A stretch of DNA of 64,000 nucleotides from Lama glama (lineage: Eukaryota): contig CM052817.1 of the NCBI GenBank assembly GCA_028534125.1, positions 65,164,001 through 65,228,000 on the forward strand, in the 5' to 3' direction. Positions 35,361-48,358 of the stretch are shown here, piece by piece. A program made the translations under genes and the position numbers. Each line of letters starts with the position of its first letter. Within the stretch, counting starts at the first letter, position 1. The notes beneath the pieces are model-generated. The model made no database searches. It was given only the letters and a program-made list of their open reading frames with translations, and was not told the origin of the DNA.

Positions 35361-38300
35361 CGGGGTCTAGCCTGGCCCTCGTTCCCGCCTTCCGCCCCGC
35401 CACAGGAGCACCTCACAGACGAGACCCTCTGGTCCGCAGCCTTCTTCCGGGTCCCTGGGTCCCCTCCACCCCGCCCCCTCTGCATCCCTGGCTGCTCCTC
35501 CGGTCTGACAGGTGGCGCGAACGCGCCTCGACTCCTCTTCGAACTATAGCATTGATAGCGATTCCGCGTTTCTTCCCCCTAGGCGAGTCCCCAGCCACCA
35601 ACTGGTCACGACCCTGTGCTCCCATTTGCAGCTGTATCTCCCTTCTTTCCTCATCAGTTTTGAACCCCTACCGCCCCCCAAAATCCCGGGATCGTTTCAC
35701 GGTAAAAAACGGTGGAGCAAAGTCACCTCGCTGGTCACAAAAGGCACAGAGGGCTTGGAGTGAGGCAGTATTCATTAATCAAATCATAAGCCATGTTTTT
35801 CTGGAGTCTCCACATCAATGGGTTGTACCTTATAGCCAGGTGTCTAAAGTTGATTTAGTGAAACCCCAAAGCTATTATGTGTCAACTTTTCTATGCTAAC
35901 CGTTTTGCTACATGACAAATGTTTGGTAAATGTCAGTGGGGTAACTTCTAACATGATTCACAGGCAGTTACAGATGGTCCATGTAATCAATTACAAATGG
36001 TGGGCTTTAAAAAATAGTACTGTACACACAGTACTATCATAATGCCAGCTACTTCATCTTCCAACTAATAGATTAATAACACCTGTGTACATGTCCAGCT
36101 ACTTGGAGACATCTAAATCTTTCATATTTATAGTGTTTAATAGTATATTACATTTTAAACATAATTCAGTATTTCTGATGTTAAGAAATTTTGAAATATG
36201 TATGCTTGACTACTGTAGTTTGGGTTTCAATTTGAAAGATTTTATCAAATTGGAGGACCTCTCTATTTCTGGGAGATAAGTTCCAGAGAAGAGATTCCCA
36301 AAAATTTTGAGTCAAAGCTGCCTTGTTTCTTCCCCATGCAACTGAGGAATTCTTGTGTTGGAATCAATAGCAAGAGTTAATCAGTTCTCCCACTGAATTC
36401 ATAAAATGACATTAAAAATCTGTGAAACCTAATATAATAGTTAACCTGAGCTCCACTGTGTCTTCCTGATGTATGACTCACAAACCAACAGTAATACCTT
36501 TTCCAATTTGGGGAATATGTACTCTTTGCTATGAGGACCACCTGAAGGAATTCATTGTTACCTCTCTAAATAGTGGTTAAGAGAATGAGCTCAGGAGCAG
36601 GTAGACAAGAATTCCTGTCTTTGCTACCTTCTCATTGTGTCATCGTAGTTACTAACTTTTTGGAGCTTCAAGTTCCTCTTCTGTGAAAAGTGTGTAGTTA
36701 CACCTATTTTCCCATGGTTGTTGAAAGATTAAAGGAGAAGGTATGCAATGTACTCTCTAACGTTTATCACATAGTAAGCACTGGAAAACTATGCTGTCTT
36801 GTACACTGGATGCTGGGGAAGGATGAAATAAAGTACCTTTGATTTCTAAATCTTTTCCCAATACATTCAAATGTTTTCCTCATCCTTTGGAGAGTAGGAC
36901 AATATTAGTTTCTCTACTTTTCACAGCAGTTTTGTGAAGATTTCATATGTGTTAATATTCTTAGCTTATCTCTCCTGAACTTGTATTTATGCTATTATAT
37001 GTATATAATATACATAGCCAGAGCTATGTAACTCTTTTTGTTCAATGCCACACCCAATCAGCTACTTAGTAAGTGCTCTTTTGTCATAAAAAACTAAACT
37101 AATATAAAGTAGACTGCCCCACTATTACTGCCTTTCTCCTTAATAGTCTTTTCCTAACTCAGGCAAACTTTCTATGGGTAATTTTTATCCCCTTTCTGAC
37201 AGTAGTATATATAGTAACTACTATTCCTGGGAGTTTATGTTGAGAATTTGAGAGATAGTCTCACAATTGAGAAAAATTTCTCAAATACATCTTGCTTTAA
37301 ACACCTGTTTTTAAGCAAATACAGACTTCCCAGCTATTTCAAATGATACCAGCCTAAGTGATATAGATACTTAGGTTGGATACTTCTGGCTAGATAATCC
37401 CCATTGAAATCTTGGTTCTTGCTACCTAGGGCATCCTGGAGAGAATAGACCTTCAAGGACTCAATGACTTGTCAATAATTGAGTTCTGGTGTGGTGTAAT
37501 ACAAACCATTGACCTAGAGTAAAAAACCGGGAAAAATTCTGGGCAGCCACTCACTAGCTGTATGGCCTGAAGTAAGCTGAACTCTGAGCCACAGTTTCTT
37601 TATTTATTATCTAGAGACTCACAGGACTGGATAAAGCAGCCTCATAGAACGGTGAGAGGCTTTCATGAAGTGTGAGGAATGTACTCCATATATTCGATTG
37701 TGATGTACTAATATTGTGGTACAAAGGCCATAATTCTCCCTGAATTCTTCACATAAATAAAAAGAAGCCTATGTGTTTAACTCAGTGTTGATGAAACAAA
37801 GATCCTGGATTTATATTCCAAATGTCCCATCTATACACTCCCCATGACCACAGATTTCACACATTTAACTCACAAATATAGCACATAGGTTACAAAGAGG
37901 ATCAGCTGAATCTGCTTTACCTGATCCATCGCCATTTCAGGAAAAACAATTGAAAAATGGGGCCAAATATCTCTTTTAATGCAGCACTTATTTTTTCCAT
38001 ATCTAACAATCCTCAGAAGTTTTTGAAATTTGCTGTTAATTTTAAAATAAAAAATTGAAGCTCTTTTCATATTATCCTTTCGTTATCTATTATTGATCTT
38101 TAGGATTTGCTGGGTAGAGGAGGAAGTCTGTGTGTTGATATTGTTTTCCCAAATAATATTTCACCTGTATAACTATTTTATAACTCTTATCCCTCCAGCT
38201 AAATTGTACAGCCAGCTAAATTGCAAAATGCATTGTAATGTTCCTATGACTTTTTAAAAAATTTCTATAATATGTTTTTAACATAATTTCAAGATTGTTG

Positions 38301-38789
38301 TTGACATTTAACACATACTGTATTGTCTTCTTAGTCTGAATATATGCAACCAAAATGGGTTGTAATACCACATATAACACATGATACATACTCCTTCCCT
38401 AAGAAAGGAATAGATGTGATATATTCCAGGTCAGTGCTGTCAACTTGGTAAGTAAACTAGAACACAATCATTCAGTTGTACGAGGTGCCAGGCAACAGGC
38501 CAAGCGATAGCAGCTGGGAGACAGGATGTATAAGGCTTAGGTTCTTCCCTCCATCTAGCTGAGAGGATTAGACAAGAAAATTTAAACAATGCTCTAATCA
38601 TTTAGACCACACTAATAAGGCTATTACAAAATAAGTACCTGATTGGCCACCAAAGCAACAATTCCTCTGGTTTACAGGACAGAAAACTACCATGGACTGA
38701 AGTGTTTTGAAAAGATTATGTTTAAATGGACAAGGGGAAAGGTTGACAACAATGACAGGTTGGCATAAGGAAGAGCAGTTAGAATGTAG

Positions 38790-39240
38790 AGGTGTGGCAG
38801 AGATTCCTGGTTATTACCCTGTTTTTATTTCCCCATCTTCCTCACTACTAGAGCTTCCAATTTTTAGTGGGATACTTGGTCATCAGAATATAAGTACATT
38901 TGGTCATCAGAATATAAGTACATTTGGCCATGAAAATACATTTTAACCAAAGGGTGTAAGCATCAGTGGTCGGCACAGACAAGATCCAGGAAATTTCCTT
39001 ACAAGAGACAAGACTCTTCTTCTCCATTTCTTCTTCTGGTTGACTGGAATGAAGCCAAAGTTGGAAAGCCATTTTGGATCATGAAATGAACATATAAAGG
39101 AATAATCCAATAGAAGGAGCAAGAGTCTTTGATACTCGGAAATATCAAACCTGCCCTGGATCTCTTTTAACTTTTACATCTATTTTGAGCTAGTTTTATT
39201 TTGGAGTGTTGTCACTTGCAGCTGAACTAAATCTTAACCT
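38790..39240 (+). mobile_element. MLT1 (ERVL-MaLR) LTR relic
   Basis: TGTGGCAGAGA start, internal GCCATTTTGGATCATGA, end GTCACTTGCAGCTGAAC typical of old MLT1 LTRs. Confidence 0.6.
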
Positions 39241-39849
39241 AAGTCAATACCCTAAATCTTGGGGAAAGGTAGTGGACTTTACCATGAGGCACTGAGAAAC
39301 CAATTGATATTTCTGAGAAGGGGATAATACAATGTTCCTCAATTTTAGCATGGGGAACTAATCTAGCACGGGGTACAAGGGAAGTAACAAAAGGGAAAAT
39401 TTTTGTTAGAAGGCTCGTAAAGATGATGTATGTCACCTATGTACAAAGCCTAAAACCAGTGTAATACTGAAACCAAGAGAAGGACGTAAAACATCTTGAA
39501 GGGAGAATCAGATTTAGTAACTGACTGGTTTTGACAGTTAGGAAGTGGACATGGATAAATGAGAGAGGGAATAAAAGAAGATAGTCAGGTGTTTTAGATT
39601 GGTGGTCCAGTACATGAAGTAGCATCTGTTGAAATGGGGATGCCAAGAGGATAGATGTGGACGGGCAAAGAAAAGAAAGAGGCAAAGTCAGGAAGGTTAC
39701 GAAATATTTAAGTTGACATTCAGGGAATTCAAGTGGAATTTTCTATTAAGTGTGTTGGCAATAAAGACAGGAGCTTGTAAAAGAAAAACTTTCAAAGATA
39801 TATACCAAAAAGTATTCTTAACAAAAACATTAGGTGATGATGGCAGAAC

Positions 39850-40155
39850 TGTTGAAAGATAAACTGAGACGTATTAAAAAGCTTAAGAGTTTATTTGAAC
39901 AAAACTCGATTGGAATCGGGCAGTGCCAAGCTAAAAGTGATTCGGAGTGCTCCACCAGTAGGAGCTGGGGTGGGAAAGACTTCTGTAGAGAAGGTGTGGG
40001 AGCGAAGAAAGGAAAGGATTTGATTGCTGCAGCGTAAAGCAGTCGGTTGCCTTTAGGTTACGATTTCATAACCCTGAGGCATTTACAGGCTTAGATTCTA
40101 GACCGCCATAGCGTAAGAGCCACCTCAGTCTAATTTCCTTCTTGTTTAGTTAATT
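39850..40155 (-). mobile_element. ERV1-type solo LTR, ~300 bp
   Basis: TGTTGAAAGATAAACTGAG...AAGAGTTTATTTGA (AATAAA on minus)...AATCGGGCAGTGCCAA pattern; more CpG than flanks. Family not assigned. Confidence 0.5.
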
Positions 40156-42679
40156 TGATGCCACAGATGACAGTACCAAGGAAAAAAAGAAAATAGAATT
40201 GAAAGCTGAAGAGCAGCCAAAGATCCAGAGAAGCAAAGTGTTGTTTCTCACTAGACATGACTCCATAGAATAACAGAAAACTCCGGTAGTTACAACGTCT
40301 AACAAGATGGTGTTCGTCACATATATACTGCCTGCTCTGGGTGATGAACAATCGGTGTTTGATCTTTATTTCTCTCTTCTGTTTACCAAAGATGATAATG
40401 TCATAGATTCGAAGACTAAATCGGGTTTTATCAAAACTCTTGGTTGTCAAGTAAATCTTTTATGCCCAATGTTATAAGGCAATGAGAAGGATCATTGGCT
40501 AAGTTCTGTAAGTTTGAAATTTCACACAGTGATCTTAGTACCACAGAGAATCCAAATGCCACTTCATCCTGAGGAGGAAAGGGAACACCACACACACTCA
40601 CAAAATAGACAAGGATCTAAAAACATGCAATTTATACTTTTTATAAAATTTTGAACAATGCATACTTCACACCGCTCCACAGACTGGTAAAACCAGTATA
40701 AAAGGTGTGGCCATCACACCTATTATTAAAACTTTGTACAGATAGAAGTGATTCCCCAGTCCTCTCAATTGGATGGATGTGGCTCAGAGAAGAATCTAAA
40801 GGCTTTTCCGCATCCTTAGACTTTCCCAACTTCATTTTTTGTGTGATGTGTGTAGGAGTGTGGGTGGTTGTTTGGAATTATTTGTTAAAACAGAGCAACC
40901 TAGGGAAAGTTAACTAATAGAGCTAACAATCTTTCTGAGAATCATCTTGTTAACTATTAAAACTGCTTTAAGGTGTTTTTTCCAGTTTGTCACAGAATTA
41001 CTCTCATTGAGATTTCATACTGTCTGGGTCCAGGCAGAGAATGAAAGAGCAGTGCTTTTGCTCGTAGAAGTAGATAACGTTTTCAGACCATGATTAATGA
41101 GTCACTAGGTTTAGGATATTTGAGACATGGTATTAAGCAAGATCAACCACTCAAAATACTTCCTAATGATTCTGTACATTTACAAGGAATTTTATGAGTT
41201 TTCAGTGGAATTTGACCTAGAGGCCGATTTCAGCCTAAAAATGTCTGCAGTAGACATGCTTATCTTCATTTTAAAAGATGAAGAAATAGACTTAGGGGAT
41301 ATTCAGGGATAAAAGTACCAGATGGAAGTTCTCTGTGCTCTTTCTATAGCTTTGTACTTCTGAGTAAAAAGCTTCTGGGGAGAGGATTTAATTAGTGCCT
41401 ATAACCATGCATACCTGTGATCTTCTCTGTCTTAAACGAAATTCATACACTCTCTAACTGAACAACTTTAAGACATCAGTGTTATTATTCTAGATGAATA
41501 CTGTTTTCATTGTCTTCTCGTGTCCTGATGTTTCGTGAAATAGTCATTAATTTCTTCAATAAGCCTTCTCTCCTGCTCAGATTCTTAGCAGGAAACAGCC
41601 TGAGACACTCTTCCTCCATTAATAGATTAGTCCAACAACTCTAGGCAAGAGCTGGCCAGGTCATTTATCATATTTCACCACAGGATATGGAAATTTACAT
41701 GCTGGCTCTTTGTTTAGATTTTTATTTCCTGTTTTAAAGTGAAAACAGTGTACTCATCTTAATTGTCAAAAATGAAACAAGTCACTTTTTCTCCAAACTA
41801 AGCTGACCATTCAGGAATTTTACAAAAATCTATAAGGAAAGAGGAGTGTGTTACTGTATATTATTAAAATGTAAAACCTGTTTCACATCATCGATTTTGT
41901 AGCATAGTATAATGGCACTAATTTTACAGAGAGGACTTCTTTAATCAATATTATGAATTACAGAGCACTTGAAGATAAATACACATATGACATACATAAA
42001 AATAAACAGATAACAAATTTACAATACTTTTACACATAGATATATATAACACTCCACGTGACCAGTAAACAGTTTTGCCAAAAACAAAAACTAGTAGTTT
42101 TGCTTTAATAAAATAATTTGTAAGAGTATTAATTATTTGTAAATGTATCAAAGCTCAAGAACTTTTAAAATATATGTTTGAAAATTTCTATATTTTGTGT
42201 TCTCTATTAAGTTGGTTTACAAAAATTTTTTACAGATGATTTAAACTGTAGTTCAACTTCCAATGACATATTGAAAATTCCCAAAGAACAGGATCTGAAA
42301 TATTGAGACTCTACTCTTGGTTGCTTGTGGCAATCTGATTGCCTCAAAGGCTAGGGGGCATGACTTGAAATTCCATTTACAAAGCATCATGTTTTTATTC
42401 AGACTGCATATTTTGGAGGTAGCCAAATCTCCCAAGCCACTCGTAGGTGCTGAAACTTTGCCTTGAATGTTCATGTGAAAATACAAACATTTATAAGATT
42501 GTACCTGTCATAGGCTCCCTCATTCCATTTACTTCACACATGTTCAAAGGCTATTTTACAAAAAGGACACAGTACCTTTTCACTAACATGATCTTTATAT
42601 GGGTTATAGATTTATGTATAAATATTGGCAAATCTATTGAACAATATGAAGTAGATAACAGAGCCCTGAATGACCAAAA

Positions 42680-43026
42680 CTCACTTATTGTTCACGAAAC
42701 CTATTTTTATTTCCTGAGTGTTCCACCAGAACTCCTGCTCCCTTGCAGGGAGGGGTAGCCATGTGATGGGTTCTCATCAAAGTGTGTGGAAGTGGCTCGT
42801 GTCATTTCTACACTTTTAATAGTGTGCCTTCTCCACCCTCTTTTTCTCTATTTGAGAGTTGTATGTAAGGGAGGAGATTCCAAAATAAGGAGGTTAGAGC
42901 TTCATGATCAGTCACACAAAAGCCACCCACCAACCAGGAACACCAGACCAGCACTTTTATTGTATTAAGTCACCACAAATTTGTAGTTTGTTTGTTACAG
43001 CAGTTAGGCTTCCCTAACTAATACAC
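42680..43026 (+). mobile_element. MLT1 LTR relic
   Basis: Ends TTTGTTTGTTACAGCAGTTAGGCTTCCCTAACTAATACA, a canonical MLT1 3' end. Confidence 0.6.
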
Positions 43027-43149
43027 CTGGTTTACAGAACAAAACAGTCACTGTAGAGGTGTTTTGGAGAGACACGTATCAGTGTAATCTGCTATTATTG
43101 GGATGCTGGTTTCATTTGTTAAAACTACACAGTAGAAGGAGAAGTTTTG

Positions 43150-45400
43150 GCAAACATGCCATACTAAAGAATGCTTGTTTTCATTATTTCCTACTTTGAA
43201 AAAGAATGTGCTTTGCAAAAATATAAAGTAACTCATGCACAGGAAGAGATTGGAAATAACCCAAAAGATCATTAATAGAGAACTTAGTAATAAACTATGG
43301 TGCAGCAACATAATGAAGTAAGATGGAGCTGTGAAAGTGAATGATATTTATACCTTGATATATAGTGATCTTCAGAATATACTATTAAATGAAGGAAATA
43401 AAGTACAGAATAGGGTATCTAGTATGTTATGTTTTGTATAAGTTGCATATTTGCTTATATTTGCAGAAAGAAACAATAGTGGATTGATAAACCAAAAATT
43501 AATAAAAATTATTACAGTAAGAAGGAAGGTAGAGTAGACAGAGATGCAAGCAAAACTTCTTGTTTTACAGTTTTTACTTTGGTATGTTGTGAATGCTTTT
43601 ATGTAATTAAAACATTTAATGAGAAATCTGTAAATATTGAAAGCAAGCCGAACTAAAAAACCTAACTGGCTATTAAGTTGATGCCACATTCTAACAGAGA
43701 AAAGAAATTATTACAAGTAAACTCAGAAACAGTATTAGTCTCAATCTTCAGTGGGATGTACTATAAAGACATGAAAAAACTACCAAGAAGTCTTACACTT
43801 CATTTAATAGTCAATGTTGGGAATAATATCAGTATTATTATTCTTAGAATTATTATATGTGTATTATTGGATAAAGCAAATTATTAAGTATGTTGATTTC
43901 CTTAATTATCAATAATTTAGCACATGGAAAAAGATATGAATATAAAATCAAGAAAGTTAAGACCCTGTGACCTGATATTTAAGAGAAGTATCAGTGAGAA
44001 CCTACAAGTTTCCTCCTCCTCTTAAAAAACGTGTATCTTAACCCCCCAGAGAAAAGCCTTAGAAGCAATGACAAGCCACCAGCAGTAAACAGTCCTCGTG
44101 GTGAGATCCTGGTCTCTAAATATCATTTCCTACTAAAAGGAATCTTTGAAGAAATGACTTTCTTCAGGGCTGAGGCAGCAACTATACAGTCTTTCAGAAA
44201 GGACGCAGTAAAAAGTTTAAAGAATCTCCCACTGGCCAAAATGGGATTATTTGAACATGGAAATGACTATAAGTTTAAGTCCAATGCATTGAACTTAGAA
44301 AAAGCAATGGGTTCAAACTGAAGAGAAAAGAAAGGAGGAAAGAGGACAGTGAGAGGAGAGAGGGAGGGAAAAAGGAAAGGGTAGGAGGAGGGAAGGAGAG
44401 AGAAATAGAGAGGAAAGAAAATCCTTTGGATGCCGTTGCAAATGTCCGCAGCGTCAACTCGTCACTCTAAAGGTTGATAACCAAAGGGGCAGAAGTGAAC
44501 ATTTATTCTGTCTCTCTACAACGAATTATATTTCAGTTTATACTGAAGTCATTGACGGGGAAAAATTCTTCTAAACAAAAGGATTCTGGCTAATAAATAC
44601 AGAAGAAATAATAGAATTAGGAAAAAATCCCATTTTGCAACTTTCACATGAATCACATAAAGGTCATAAATCTAGGGCAAAACCATTTTCTTTATAGTAT
44701 GTTCCCTAGAAGATTGAGAATAATATTTCTAAGTTTACCTGGAATAATCTTTTTAAAAGAATATTTCATAGATGGGGCTGTGTAGTTCATTTCCTATCTA
44801 TTCAACTCCTTAGAACTAACTTCTTGGCCCCTGGAAATCAAAGGACACCAGACAGATAATGTAAGGGAGCATTATTAGCCACATTTAGAATGTGGGAAAA
44901 TGACCTGGATTCCCCAATAAGGAAATAGCATTGAGAAGCAAGGAAAGGGGAGAGAGAAGGAGAGAGAACACTGCTCTAGATTAAGAGATTTTAAAAAAGA
45001 ATTAAGAGACAGTACAACCCGATAATGTGTGTGTACCTTGTTTGGAAGCTGCGATTTTTGTCCACAGTTTTGTTTTGTTTTTTAATTTGGATAACTGGGG
45101 AAATCTGAATGTGAACTTAGCATTAGATAATATTGAGGAATTATTGTTAATGTTATTAGATAAAATAATGGCATTTAGTTATGCAAAGACATGTCCCTTA
45201 TTTTATTATTTTTAAAGACGTACACTAAAATATTTAGGGGAAAGATGAAAGAATTTCTGGAATTTCCTTTAAAATGTTCCAGCCAAAATAAGAATCTTTT
45301 TTAAGGCAGGAGAGATAAACAGTATGGCAAAACGTTGTTGAAATTGGATATTTACATTTTGAAAATTCTGGTTAAAGTTCAATAAAAAAATTTTAAAGGT
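43150..45400 (+). mobile_element. Old L1M (L1MC/ME) 3' fragments
   Basis: A-rich plus strand with L1 3' UTR motifs (TAAACTATGGTGCAGC; GAGATCCTGGTCTCTAAATATCATTTCC; TAATATTGAGGAATTATTGTTAAT). Confidence 0.55.
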
Positions 45401-47142
45401 GATGAAACTGCTACAGGTGGTATCTTCGTGTAGGGGAGGAGAAAAATTGTAAATTTTGCTTTGTAGTCATGCAAAGTTTTAAGTCTAACACATTTGGCCT
45501 CAACATTGTTTGGGGCCAAAACTATGTTTTGCACCATGTTTTGTCCTTAAAAATTTTTTTTTAATAAAGGGCAACCCCAGTATCTGATTTGAATGCACCA
45601 GGCTGGCTTCTCAGCCACTCTCTTTTTACCACATAAAGGATAATTTATTGTTTGACATTGTGCTCAACTGCCTTTAATAGACAAGTTTATCTATGTAAAT
45701 GTTTTTGTTGTTAATTTTGTTTTGCTTTGGCTATCCTAAAATAACATGCAGGGAATTTGTACAAGAGTTCACAGCGTACCAATGTGGACCACAAAAGACA
45801 AGGAGCAATGAGGCAATAGTGAAAAGAGGAGAAAAACTGAATTAAGATACTGTGAATTTGACATCAACACATCCCAGTTAAGAGACATTGATCAAATCAG
45901 CGTCTGTGACTACTACACTTCTCTTGGGCAAAATGGGACTGGTAAGACGGTTATTGTAAAGATTGCATGCGTTCTGTGAAGTACTATTTCAACTCTATTA
46001 TTTTTAAGCATTATACCAAGAAAACATTATTAGCATGGAGAATAACTACTGGCAATATTTCATGTGACTATTTTTACTTCACAAAGGTGAAAAACTATCT
46101 AAATGAATTTTAAAAAACAAAGCAAATAAACATCAAAATTTTCCATTAAAAGATAAAGAAATGATAATTTCATAATGCAGAATATTACCTCAGTTTTACT
46201 GTTTTATGCCTTATCTTTAACATATCAAGTTTTGTGTTTGTGTGTTTTATTTCAGCACCTAACAAAGTTCCACCTATTGAAAAACTTACAGTATTTAGTA
46301 TCATACTGAGGATCAATAGGCCACATTAACTGACTTAGCTTGTTTTCAGCAATTTATCATTTCAGTTTACAGTTAATACTCAGTGTTGTTATGCCCTTGA
46401 ACACAGCTTTTCTCTAAATTGTCTAAGGCACTTAACCATCCTGCATTAATGAAAAGTTGCTTTACAATGTTAATTGTGAATCATGAAAAGAGAATTGAAG
46501 AAAACTTAACCTTTTCCCCTATCCTCTCTTCAGCAAAAGAAGCCACATGAAAGAACATGAATATTTCTTTAAAGTAATTAATGACTTAAGGGCTACAAAG
46601 TTCTTTGAAACAAACAAATTTTTTTTTCCTAATGAACAGCAGAAAGAAACATATTTCATCTGACTCTAAATTTTCTATCAGTAGAAAATTTAGATCAGCT
46701 CAGCAAACACAGGATTCCACACTGGCTTTTTACTTTGTGCCTACTAAGCTTCATTTCACTACTGTGATGTTACCACTTAAACTAGTATTCTGCCTCTCAA
46801 GATGAAATGACAGAGAAAACATTATATGTCTGTGGATACTGTTAGCACTTTCAGTACCTTTATCAACTGGCTCCTCTGTATTTCCTTACCCCCACTTTTC
46901 ACTATTCTTGTCTTTCAATCCAGATTGATCTTTTCCCATTAAAAAGTTTATTTATTTATTTTTGAAAAGTTAAATTTTTACATGTTTCACCATTTAAGAG
47001 ATTGAAACAAAAGTATATGGTGAAAACTCTCTCTCCCACCCCTGTCCCTCAGTTCCCCAGAAATATATTTTCCCCATATTTTCCTTGATCATCTGCTTTT
47101 GTAAATATTGCTTCCCTGAACCATCATCTCTAAAACTGATCC

Positions 47143-47924
47143 ACTTGTGGAGAAAGGGAACCCTCCTATGCTGTTAATGGGAATGTAAATTGGTGCAGCC
47201 ACTATGGAGAATAGTATGGAGGTTCCTTAAAAAACTAAAAACAGAGTTGCCGTTGATCCAGCAGTCCCACTCCTGGGCATATACCCGGAAAAGATGGAAA
47301 CTCTAATTCAAAAAGCTACATGCACCCTAAGGTTTATAGCAGCACTATTTACAATAGCCAAGACATGGAAGCAGCCTAAATGCCCATCAACGGATGACTG
47401 GATAAAGAAAATGTGTAGTATTCCATTTTATATATAAAAAGAATGTAATGTAAAAAAGAATGAAATAATACCATTTGCAATAATATGGAGAGACCTAGAG
47501 ATTATCATAATAAGTGAAGTAAGTCAAACAAAGACAAGTATCATATGATGCCATTTATATGTGTAATTTAAAAAAATGATAAAAGTGAACTTATTTACAA
47601 AACAGACTCATAGACATAGAAAACAAACTTATGGTTACTAAAGGAGAAGGGGGTTGGGAGGGGAGGGATAAATAAGGAGTTTGGAATTAACAGATACACG
47701 CTACTATATATAAAATAGATAAACAACAAGGACGTACTGTATAGCACAGAGAACTATATTAAATAGCTTATAATAATGTATACTGGAAAAGAATCTGATA
47801 AAGGATATATATAAAACTGAATCACTTTGCTGTATACACCTGAAATTAACAACACCATTGTAAATCAACTGCACTTCAATTAAATAAATAAGTAAATAAG
47901 TAAGCAAGTAAATAAATAAATAAA
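47143..47924 (+). mobile_element. Young lineage-specific 5'-truncated L1 (cetartiodactyl type) with A-rich tail and target-site duplication
   Basis: ORF2 C-terminal region and 3' UTR ending CTGAATCACTTTGCTGTA...GTAAATCAACT..ACTTCAAT + (TAAA)n; TSD TAAAACTGATCC (47131-47142) / TAAAATTGATCC (47925-47936). Confidence 0.9.
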
Positions 47925-48179
47925 TAAAATTGATCCCTTTTCCCCTTATTCTGCATAATTGAATAGGTTTGTAACTTACTTTCTTTAATATGTTTAAAGT
48001 GGCTAATGTTCCTAAATTATTTTCATATTTCCTGAACAGATTTTAGATTTCTTACAGATTTGTAGAATCCTTGAAAGCAAGAAATGAGTCCTATTCCTTT
48101 TGTTTTCCACATAGCAGGTGGTCTGGATTTAGGCAACTAATGGATGCCTAATACCTTCTCTATCCTCAAAAATGTCACC

Positions 48180-48358
48180 TAGTGGTTCCCAAAATCTGCT
48201 GCTATTAGACCACCTGGGCAGATATGGTAACTCATAACACCCTGGCTTCACCCCATGCCAATTAAATCAGAATCTCTGGGGGTTGAATCTAAGCACAAGC
48301 ATGACCTAAAACTTGCCAAGTGACTCCAGTGTGCAGCTACGTTTAAGAATCAGTAACC
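48180..48358. mobile_element. MER5A (hAT-Charlie) relic
   Basis: AGTGGTTCCCAAA...AATTAAATCAGAATCTCTGGGG...AGTGACTCCAGTGTGCAGC...TTAAGAATCA pattern. Confidence 0.7.

Noticed and set aside
44318..44421. Polypurine GA/GGAA tract (possible H-DNA)
   Set aside because: Common low-complexity expansion within an old L1; nothing distinctive.
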